Source: Chiloscyllium plagiosum
Lineage: Eukaryota
Length of the DNA stretch: 21,121 nucleotides
Assembly (NCBI RefSeq): GCF_004010195.1
Contig: NC_057719.1
Location: forward strand, 8,031,280 to 8,052,400
Direction of reading: 5' to 3'
A program made the translations under genes and the position numbers. Under the pieces are notes generated by a model, which was not told the DNA's origin, made no database searches, and saw only the letters and a program-made list of their open reading frames with translations. Positions 10,590-19,886 of this stretch are shown here, in pieces; within the stretch, counting starts at the first letter, position 1; every line of letters begins with the position of its first letter.

Positions 10590-10889
10590 TGATAATGGGA
10601 GAGGGACAATCAGAAACAGTACTGTGAGAGTCACACAGCATGACCTTTGCTGAACTAATTGCAACCAAGACCAACAGCATTAAAACTGTTGATTCTTTGA
10701 TGAAAGACTTGCATCCTGATAATGTATGCTCCAATTTTATTTTGGAGTGAGTGGGTGATTTTCTGTCTGCCCCCTTTAATTTTTTTTTTTCACAGCCATT
10801 GTACCTGTTAACTTATTGGGGTGGACTTGTGGATTGCCTGTGCAGTGCAACTTCATTGGAACACTAATCCTAGCCCCTCTACCACTAAT

Positions 10890-11385
10890 TGTCAGAAGTG
10901 TGATGGAATGCCTGGAACTTAGCTCTGCCCCATCTAGCACTCTGTATATGGTATAATCATTATTGTTGCTTCAGGGCTTTATCCAGTACCCCCATCACTG
11001 TGGCTGCACTGTCTTGAGGTATACCTCAACGAGTTACCAAGCTTACTTCAAAAGCCCTTCTCATTTCTGTGACCTCTTGCACTGCAGAGAAACAAGAACA
11101 GCAGTGTTGTAACACACAAAAGCTTGTGACCAAGATCGCAATAGCCTTCAGGCTTCACTCCCAGTCTGAAGCTATTATGTGTTAAGAACTTATTGCTAAC
11201 CTACACAGTAAGTACTTAACAATTAATTAGGTACTTATTATTGCTCCTTTATCACTGCTGGGTCAATATTCCAGAAGGCCCTGCCTGTCACCATTAACAA
11301 AGATACTGCAGTGCAACCAGTTCAAAGCAGCTGAAGATGTACAATAAATTTAGCCTTGCCACATTAGGTGATCTAATTTAAAAAG
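10890..11385 (+). mobile_element. Very old copy of the CR1/L2-type LINE 3' region
   Basis: gtcagaagtgtgatggaat, cactgctgggtcaatattcc and caataaatttagccttgcca in the same order as in the other copies. Confidence 0.55.
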
Positions 11386-11854
11386 AAATATATGTACCAG
11401 CAATGTGTGTATGAACATGGTTTAACAGTCAAAAACAGTGGGCTAGATTTTACCTAGGTATTGAGATCCTTGATGTTAAGATTAAGAGGTAGGAGCCCAA
11501 GCTTCCATTGTCTGATAGTGGGACCCACTTGACAATATTTTCACAGGCAGCCTCCCCATTTTCCACCGGTGGGGCTGCTGTGGATTTAACAATAGTTAAT
11601 GGTGCAGCCAGCTAGCTGTGTGTCAGAGGGAGAACTGGTCACTTCTGCAAAGACTGCAGCATAAAACGGCCCCCAGTCGCCTTTTCCATTTGTTCCTCCT
11701 TGCAACCACTCCTGCCTTCCATGCAATGTCCTGGCAGCAGGACCAGTTCTTTGCAATTTTGCAGGCCCACTTGCCTCCAATTTTGCATCTAGACGTTGAA
11801 TAATTCCTGATTATTTATGTTTCTCCCATCAAAACCTCCCCAGTTTAAAAATTA

Positions 11855-12297
11855 CTGTATGGGATATTGGTGCGACTGCCTCTGAAATACTGAATGCAGG
11901 TTCGGTCTCCTTATTTGGAAAGCAATTTGATTACTTTAGAAACAGTTCAAAGGAGGTAACACTTGCCTAATTCCTGGTTTAAAGGTCTGGTCTTAAAAAG
12001 AACATTTGAAATTAGGCCTATTTCATTGGAATTTAGAAGAATGAGAGGTGATATTATTGAAACTGGTTAGATTCTGAGGGGACTTGGCAGACTGGATTCC
12101 TGGACGATGTCTTCTCGAGCTAATATACCTGGATTTATTTAAGAATAAAAAATCTCCCTTTTAAGACTTGAGTTTTGTTTTTGCACACTGGATACTTAGT
12201 GTGTGGAATTCTGTTTCTCGGGAAATAGAATCTTTAAATGTATTAAAGGCTGAATTAGATACATGATAAAGAAGAGAGTCCACGGCGATGGGTGCAG
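11855..12297 (+). mobile_element. Old CR1 ORF2 3' fragment
   Basis: Collinear with 14125-14570 (ttggaatttagaagaatgagaggtgat; tgtggaattc; aaggctgaattagata). Confidence 0.8.
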
Positions 12298-13328
12298 ATA
12301 GATGTCTCCCCCATGTAGAGGAGACAACACCGGGTGCAACGGATGCAATAGGTGACATTGGGGGAGGTGCAAGTGAATTTCTGGTGGATGTAGAAGGATC
12401 CCTTGAGGCCTTGGACAGAGGTGAAGGGAGTGGTGTGGGCACAGGTGCGGTGGCAGGGAAAGGTGCCAGGAACGGGTTGTGGGCTGGTGGGGGGGTGGAC
12501 CTGATGAGGGAGGGGATGGTCTTTTCAGAATGCAGATAGGTGTGGGGAGGGAAATATATCTCTGGTGGTGGGGTCCGTTTGGAGGTGGCAAAAGTGGCAG
12601 AGGATGATGGGGTGTATGCGGAGGTTGATGGGGTAGAAGGTGAGGACCAGTGGGGTTCTGTCCTTGTTCCGTTGGGAGGGATGGGGTTCAAGGGCAGCGG
12701 TCCGTGAAGTGGAGGAGATGTGCTGGAGGACATCGTCAACCACGTGGGAAGGGAAGTTGCAATCATGGAAGAAGGAAGTCATCTGGGGCATTCTGAGGTA
12801 GAATTGGTCATCCTGGGAACAGATGTGGAGGAGGCAGAGGACTTGGGAATAAGGGATGGTGCTTTTACAGGAGGTAGAGTGGGAGGAGGTGTAATCTAGG
12901 TAGCCGTGGGGTCGGTGGGCTTGTAGTGCTTGTCTGTGGTTAGTCGATTGCCAGAAATGGTGGGGGTGGAGAGGTCTATGGTTAGTCAGTTGCCGCACGG
13001 GATCAATGTGGATTTCAACAGCTTCCTCATTTCCCCTCCCCCCAAATTATCCCAGTCCCAAACTGGCACCGCCCTCCGGACCTGTCCATCACTGCTCCCT
13101 CTGACCTATCACCTTCTCCCTCACCTTCATTCACCTAGCACTTTCCCAGCTCCGCCCCAACCCCTCCCATTTATCTCTCAGCCACAACCCAGAGACCTCA
13201 TTCCTGATGAAGGGCTTATGCCCGAAACGTCGATTCTCCTGCTCTTCTGATTCTGCCTGACCAGCTGTGCTTTTCCAGCACCACACTGTTGGCTCTGCTC
13301 GCCAGCATCTGCAGTCCTCACTTTTTCC
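12298..13328. mobile_element. Penelope-like retroelement remnant with 5' inversion (RT thumb and GIY-YIG on -, endonuclease end and pLTR on +)
   Basis: Minus: YKPTD..YLDYTSSH..CK..IPYSQ and NVTYCIRCTRCCLLYMGET (12360-12304); plus from about 12992: PHGINVDFNSF then pLTR ending ctgcagtcctcactttttcc. Confidence 0.92.
13201..13235 (+). ncRNA. Minimal hammerhead ribozyme motif (PLE type), core intact
   Basis: CTGATGA 13204-13210, extra A, stem II GGGC/GCCC 13212-13223, GAAA 13224-13227, palindromic ACGT, predicted cleavage after C13231. Confidence 0.75.
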
Positions 13329-13454
13329 AATGAGTACAGCCACACCCTACTCAACCTCTCCCTACCTGGGATCAACTTTGTGGCCTGACGTCGGTGGTGG
13401 TTTGCAAATTGTTGGAGGGAATGTACATGTGTTTGGAAAGGCAAGGACTGCTTA

Positions 13455-14683
13455 GAGATGGCCAACGTGGCTTTGTGCGTGGGAAATCATGTCTCACAAA
13501 CTTGATTGAGATTTTTGAAGAAGTAACAGAGGATTGATGAGGGCAGAATGGTGGTCGTGATCCAAATGGATTTCATTATGGTGTTTGACAAGGTTTCCCA
13601 TGGGAGATTGATTAGCCATTTGGATACAGAACTGGCTCAAAGGTAAAAAACAGAACCTGGTGGAGGGTTGTTTTTCAAGCTGGAGGCCTGTGACCAGTGG
13701 AGTGCCACAAGGATCAGTGATGGGTCCACTACTTTTCGTCATTTATGTAAATGGTTTGGATGTGAGCATAAGACGTACAGTTAGTAAGTTTGCAGATGGC
13801 ACCAAAATTGGAGGTGTAGTGGACAGTGAAGAGGGTTACCTCAGATTACAACAGGATCTTGACCAGATGGGCCAATGGGCTGAGAATTGGCAGATGGAGT
13901 TTAATTTAGGTAAATGCGCGGTTATGCATTTTGGGAAAGCAAATCTTAGCAGGATTTAATGGTAAGGTCCTAGGGAGTGTTGCTGAATAAAGAGACCTTG
14001 GAGTGCAGGTTCATAGTTCCTTGAAAGTGGAGTCGCAGCTAGATAAGATAGTGAAGAAGGTGTTTGGTATGCTTTCCTTTATTGGTCATAATATTGAGTG
14101 CAGGAGTTGGGAGGTCATGTTGCAGCTGTACAGGACATTGGTTAGGCCACTTTTGGAATATAACATGCAATTCTGGTCTCCTTCCTATCGGAAGAATGTT
14201 GTCAAAAAAGATTTACATGGATGTTGCAGGGATTGGAGGATTTGAGCTATAGGGAAAGTTTGAATAGGCTGGGGCTGTTTTCCCTGGAGCGTTGGAGGCT
14301 GAGGGGTGACGTTACAGAGGTTTATAAAATCTTGAGGGGCATCGTTAGGATAAATACCCAAAGTCTTTTCCCTGGGGTTGGGGAGTCCAGAACTAGAGGG
14401 CATAGGTTTAGGGTGAGAGAGGAAAGATATAAGAGACCTAAGGGTCAACATTTTCAAGCAGAGGGTGGTATGGGTATGGAATGAGCTGCCAGAGGAAGTG
14501 ATGGAGGCGAGTGCGATTGCAACATTTAAAAGGCATTTGGATGGGTATATGAATAGGAAGGGTTTGGAAGGATATAGGTTGGGTGATGGCAGGTGGGACA
14601 AGATTGGGTTGGGATATCTGGTCGGCATGGATGAGTTGGACTGAAGGATCTGTTTCTGTGCTGTACCTCTCTTTGACCCTATA
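13455..14683 (+). mobile_element. 5'-truncated CR1 LINE (frameshifted RT and 3' UTR)
   Basis: SGVPQGSVMGPLLFVIYVN..KFADGTKIGG, LYRTLVRPLLEY, LGLFSLERWRLRGD; CR1 tail ggactgaaggatctgtttctgtgctgta. Confidence 0.96.
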
Positions 14684-14969
14684 ACCTTCTTTGGACCACC
14701 TGTAATCTTTGGCTGCCTTTATCTTTAATTTCTGATACAGTAATCGACATCTCAATCATGCAAGGGATTTCAGGTAATTGATAGGTAACTGCTAATATTA
14801 AACAGGCTGTCTTAACTTAAAGGCTATTAGTTCTCAATCTGAATCTGACATACTTTAAAATTGAACATGAAAAAGGATTTACCAGTTGAATTCCCAATTT
14901 GAACCAAACTCTGAGATGTACTCACTCAGCCTCTGTCTCACTGGGTGAAATCTCCCTCATTTTGATCAG

Positions 14970-15165
14970 TGTTATAAAAACCGATCCAGTTCACTAATGT
15001 CATTTCGGGAAGGGAATATGCCCTCCTTTTCATTCTGGCCTAAATAAGACTACAGCGGACCAACAATATGGTTGAATCTAAACTTGCTCTCTTAGTGTTT
15101 AAGAATGGTCAATAATTGCTGGCCTTGCCAGTGATACTCACTTCTCTCAAATGAATAAAAAAAAA
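14970..15165 (+). mobile_element. SINE 3' half sharing its tail with the CR1/L2-type LINE
   Basis: gttcactaatgtcatttcgggaagggaat body; tail caataattgctggccttgccagtga..atgaataaaaaaaaa matches 7636-7660. Confidence 0.7.
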
Positions 15166-15304
15166 TTCAACAGCACCCATCATCACAGTCTGGTTGGTCT
15201 GTTTCCCACATCATCCCATGCGTGGGGCAGCTAATTGGAAGTATCAGAATTAGTATTTCTGGAAATCTGGCATCTTATAGCACAGTGTGGGCCATATATT
15301 TGTC

Positions 15305-15366
15305 TAGATTAGAGTGGTGCTGGAAAAGCACAGCAGGTCAGGCAGCATCCGAGGAGCAAGAAAATT
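15305..15366 (-). mobile_element. Short Penelope pLTR fragment
   Basis: gtggtgctggaaaagcacagcaggtcaggcagcatccgaggagca, near-identical to the arm at 4345-4385. Confidence 0.85.
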
Positions 15367-16109
15367 GTTTTTGCCATATATTTGTGCCCATTCTTTGCAG
15401 AAATTCCAATTATTCCTCCTCTCCCTTTGCCCTTTTCCCATTGCTCTGAAACTTTTCCCCTTCAAGTATTCATCCAGTTCACTTCTGCAAATTGCTAGTT
15501 AATGTGGTTCCATCACGGATTCAGGTTTCACATTCCAGATTCCAAACTTCAATGCTAGCTCGAACAAAGCTAAAAGGAACGTTTAACTTAGCACCGTCCT
15601 CATTGGTGAACCGATTTTTAAAAAACAAATTGCAATAATTTTTATGATGAAATTAGACTTTTAGTGCCTGGAGTGTGAATAAATTATTAACCTTTTATTG
15701 GTTCTTTGTGGCCTTGGCTTCATATCTTCCAGCCAAGAGGCTAATGGAATGCAGTGCAATGCTTGATGAAATTTACAGACAGCAGTCTAGACAATCAGAG
15801 TATAAGGTATTTTCATGATATTGGGCATTGAAAGTTTTTGTGCCAAATTCTACTTGGAATTTTGGTTTTATCTGAGGTGACTGAATTTCCTAGTAACCTT
15901 CAGTAAGCAAATTTACACCAATGATAAATTTAATGGATTGGGTAAGGGAGAACTAGAACAATTCTTGAAATTGGAACCTTCATAAAATGAGGAATGGCAG
16001 CAATTGTGCTTTTATTTTCTTGTGAAATTGCTATTTGTATATTGTAAATATTGCAGCTGTGACATTTTAAGGGGATTGGTTTGGTCCAGATTCTTATTTG
16101 ATGCATAAA

Positions 16110-16300
16110 TCAGCAGTACTTCAAAGTGGCTGAATTAGTTAATTCTCTTTGAAGATGATGAATTGTGCTTAGTATTGTGACATTATACATCCTGGCAACA
16201 TCAAGCAAATTAGTGTGTTGATGTAAGGAGGGAATGTTGAAGGGAGGAAGCTCAGTCATTTTGTTCAAATCAGAAGTGGATTTTGCTAGCTTTGTTAAAC
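16110..16300 (-). CDS. Candidate terminal coding exon, xLTKLAKSTSDLNKMTELPPFNIPSLHQHTNLLDVARMYNVTILSTIHHLQRELTNSATLKYC*; product not recognised
   Basis: Acceptor tgctttcag| at 16301; 63 codons including TGA in non-repeat DNA; AATAAA on minus strand at 16016-16011. Confidence 0.35.
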
Positions 16301-16701
16301 CTGAAAGCATGCTTAAAAACTTTGTCTTATAATTTCTGAACTGTCAGATCCAGTTCCTACTCAATTAAAAAGAAAGGAAGTCTTACACTTATAACTGTGA
16401 ATTTTAATAAATTAGGTTTGGTAGTGGAGCATGCCAGTGAATGCTCCCTGTGGTGATCAACATTAAAGTGTGAAAACACCAGACATGTAGACAATGTGTT
16501 TCTAATCGTCTTAGAATTCCAAGGGCTTGTCTTCATGAAACTGCAGACCAGTTTCACAGAATAATTAAGAGAATCTGTGCTGTGTCAAAACCAGATTCTC
16601 GGTTGGATCATGATGTAGAGCCCCATTGTACATGTTGTTAGTGGAATTAAAATGTGTGAATCTTTAGGTGCTGTGTACCTTTATAGATTGTTGGCATTTA
16701 C

Positions 16702-16780
16702 CCAGACTAAGAACCTCTTTCAGAATTTGATTTGCAAGTGGAGTGCCCTGCATAAGGGCTATGGCAAGAAGCTGTTTTCT
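16702..16780 (-). CDS. Candidate internal exon RKQLLAIALMQGTPLANQILKEVLSL(G), phase 0-1
   Basis: ttttctgctgcatttcaag| acceptor, TGG|gtaaat donor, joins 16300 in frame. Confidence 0.25.
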
Positions 16781-16904
16781 CTTGAAATGCAGCAGAAAAT
16801 TGAAATAGACATTTCTAATTGTGTGTATTTTTATTCATTGGTACCTTCTGTACTGTATTATCTGCTTAATGACTTTTGTGTGATAAATCAGTAGACCTTC
16901 AAAC

Positions 16905-17430
16905 TCCAGAGGCTGGGTGATCTGTGGCAAGGAGCTCATCTGGTTTCTCAAAGTCTCTTTGTCATCTACAAGATACAATTCAGGAAGTGAAGGACGATTC
17001 TTTACTTGTCTTGACATTTGTAGCTACACCAAGGGTCGAAGCTCAGCACCATGCAAGGCAAAACATTCCATCACTTTGAAAGTGTATCTACTCTATCACG
17101 AGCAAACCATCTCTTGTACTGTGTACTTTCTCCAGGATGCACTGCAACAACTCATCAAGGCTTCTTTGACAACTGCTAGAAAGGACAACAGGGACTGTCA
17201 TGCATCACTTCCAAAACAAAGGCTGTCCTGACTTGAAAATACATTGATGTTCCTGCAACGTTGTGTTCAAATTCTGGACTTCTGAATCAATAGCACTGTG
17301 GGATATCTTCATTATGGAGACTGCAGGAGTTCACAGAATTGGCTTACCAACCTTCTTAAGGACAGCAAGGCATGAGTAATATATGTTGGCCTTATGGACA
17401 TTGCCCACATCTTCAGAATTAATAAAATAA
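16905..17430 (+). mobile_element. Decayed CR1/L2-type LINE 3' fragment (family of 6812-7682)
   Basis: cagaggctggg, atctacaagatacaattcagga, gatgcactgcaacaactcatcaaggct, tail tgttggcctt..gcccacatc. Confidence 0.8.
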
Positions 17431-17589
17431 TGTAGTTGGAAATAGACACTGTAAGTAAGCAATCTTACTGTCATCCAATAGACAAAAGTGTAAGTGGGAT
17501 TTGTAACCCAATTAAGCAAGTTAGTACAATTGGGTTTAATTATTAGATCTTTACTACAATATCCCAGAAGGCAAAAATACACCAATCTA

Positions 17590-18083
17590 AAGGGTTCAGA
17601 AAAGATTTACAAGGATGTTGCCAGGTTTGGAGGATTTGAGCTATAGGGAGAGGCTGAATAGACTGGGGCTGTTTTCCAGGAGTGTCAAAGGGTGAAGGGG
17701 TGACCTTATAGAGGTTCATAAAATCATGATGGGCATGGATAGGATAGGTCTTTTCCCTGGGCTGGGGGAATCCAGAACTCGAGAGCATGGGTTTAGGGTA
17801 AGAGGGGAAAGATATGAAAGAGACCTAAGGGGCAAATTTTTCACACAGAGGGTGGTACATGTAGGGAATGAGCTGCCCTACATTCCCTACATGTAGGAAG
17901 TGGTGGAGGCTAGTACAATTGCAACATTTAAAAGGCATCTGGATGGGTATATGAATAGGAAGGGTTTGGAGCGATATGGGCCAGGTGCTGGCAGATGGGA
18001 CTAGACCAGGTTGGGATATCTATATGGCATGGACGGGTTGGACCGAAGGGTCTGTTTCCATGCTGTACATCTCTGTGACTCTA
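17590..18083 (+). mobile_element. CR1 3' fragment, same subfamily as 13455-14683
   Basis: Closely collinear with 14205-14683; ends gctgtacatctctgtgactcta. Confidence 0.95.
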
Positions 18084-18110
18084 AGTTTGCTGGAGGCACA
18101 TCCTACTTAC

Positions 18111-18200
18111 TGAAAGTATTGCGATGTTTGAATGAGAGAAGTGATGTTTGGAAATCCAGAGAAATCTCTTGCCCTTCTTTGCCAGTGAGGTAGAATTAAA
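18111..18200 (-). CDS. Candidate 90-nt exon (FNSTSLAKKGKRFLWISKHHFSHSNIAILS in phase 0)
   Basis: gctaac branch-like motif, ttgcag| acceptor, TCA|gtaagt donor; two frames open so the frame is uncertain. Confidence 0.22.
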
Positions 18201-18603
18201 CTGCAATTGGGTTAGCATATAAACATGATATCTTTAAAATTGTTACATGTTTTATAAAATTGCCTGCAAGAATATAATTATATCCCTCGGATCCTGCTGA
18301 ACTCTGAGTTGGGAAAGTAATATTTCTTGTACATAAACCTGTTCAATTATTAACCTTTTCAAGAGAAGCTGTTAGTGCTTTGTAGAAAGTGCAGGTCTAA
18401 CGGGCACTGAACAGCAAACACAAGAAAAGGATCTTTCAGCTCTGTTCTAAATTAAGTCAGTTAGAGCAAAGTAATTTAAGGATGCAATAATGCTGTCACC
18501 TTTGACTCATTACAATGTGATTCCAAAACTATGTGGAGAGTGAAGCAGTGAGAGTTCCCAGGAGAAGCAGACTCAAACCACTTTGTTCATTATTTATTTT
18601 CTT

Positions 18604-18775
18604 CAATATTTATCCCTCAATCAAGCATTGCTAATACAGATTATCTGGAAATTGTCTTATTGCTGTTTTTAGGATCTTGCTGTGTGAAAACTCGATGCGT
18701 TGTTTGCCCGTTTACACTTCAGAAGTACCCTACTGGCTGTAAAGTATTTTGGGGTTGCCTGGGTTGGTGAAAGTT
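18604..18775 (+). mobile_element. DeuSINE-like (SacSINE1-type) 3' half
   Basis: caatatttatccctcaatca..cagattatctgg..ttgctgttt..acacttcagaagtac..tggctgtaaag..gtgaaag. Confidence 0.75.
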
Positions 18776-19619
18776 ACAGAGGATTGAATCGTGTCAAGAG
18801 TGTGGAGCTAGGCATAAAGGCAAGAAATACATTCACTCAGAGACAGGTCAGATTTTCCTGCAGAGTTACATTCTGCTCATATTACAGTTCAGATGCTAAA
18901 TTTAATGGGCAGGAAATTCAGCCCACACCAGGACCTTCTGGCTCCCATATTTAAAAGGCACTCGCAAAACAATTCATTTACTGCAAAGGAACATAACTTC
19001 ACCTCTGCTCATCAGCAACCAACGGTGGGGTGAGGAGACCTGACAAAAAGCGGCAACATTTACTTAAAGATTCTCCAAGTATATCTCCTCAAATGAGACA
19101 ATGCCGACTGACTAAGGCAACCTGCACAGAGATGTATGTGGCTAGCTTAAGAGAACTTGACTGTAGTGCTGTTGCAAGGGGTTAGAACAGCTGGTATACT
19201 CTGCCATCATACTAATCATGTCTACTCAATGCTTCAAGCAGCTAGGTTAGTTAGCAGCATGAGTGTGAGTTAGCATTTTAATGCTAACTGCAGAAAAGAA
19301 TTCAGAGGACTGTCGCATCCACGATTGGGTGCCAGGCATCTTCATCATATGCCTCATCCAATCAACAAATTTCACTTCATTACAGTGACCAATGTAAGAC
19401 CACGTGTTACTGCCTCTTGCTCTTCGAATAAAGTTCATACATAAAACAGAAAAGGAGCTATGCCACTCGGCAGCTCATGCGCCACCAATTCACTGACCTT
19501 TCTTCACAACCTGAACAATGTGCTCAACTAATAGCTTTGCACGAGAGGTTTACATGGCACAAGGACACCACCATATACAATGATGAACAAGTATTTCCGG
19601 CCTTCACATGATATTATGC

Positions 19620-19886
19620 TGTGGAAGTGCCGATGTTGGACTGGGGTGGACAAGATCAGAAGGCACGATGCTACAATAACAGATGAATGGACATGGCACA
19701 AAATTACCAGACATGAATGTACCCTCCCAGCTGGGGAACACTACAGCGGTGAAGGACATTCAGCCTCCAATCTTCAGCTGTTGAAGGAGCAGTGTTCTGA
19801 AAACTTGTGATTTAAAATAAACCTGTTGGATTGTCACCGTGTGACTTCTGAGCTTGTCCATCCCAGTCCAACACTAGCATCTAAAT
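19620..19886. mobile_element. Older Penelope-derived insert of a second family, with inverted ends and decayed hammerhead
   Basis: tgttggactggggtggacaagatcagaag (about 19634-19662) inverted to cttctgagcttgtccatcccagtccaaca (about 19845-19873); ctgttgaaggagcagtgttctgaaa resembles CUGAUGA-A-GGAGC..GCUCC-GAAA; aataaacctgttgga. Confidence 0.7.

Noticed and set aside
11440..11835. Non-autonomous DNA element beginning gggctagatttt
   Set aside because: No convincing matching terminal repeat or TSD found
12161..12766. 201-aa proline-rich ORF and neighbours
   Set aside because: Off-frame reads of the C-rich Penelope remnant
16110..16300. Leptin or helical cytokine identity (ends LKYC*)
   Set aside because: No second Cys in the exon and exon size does not fit leptin; resemblance limited to the terminus
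16426..16447. Iron-responsive element (CAGTGA in a ggagcat/atgctcc hairpin)
   Set aside because: The five bases flanking the loop do not pair in IRE register
16387..16540. Extra minus-strand exon
   Set aside because: Its best donor is phase 0 and would give an immediate stop in the 16300 exon
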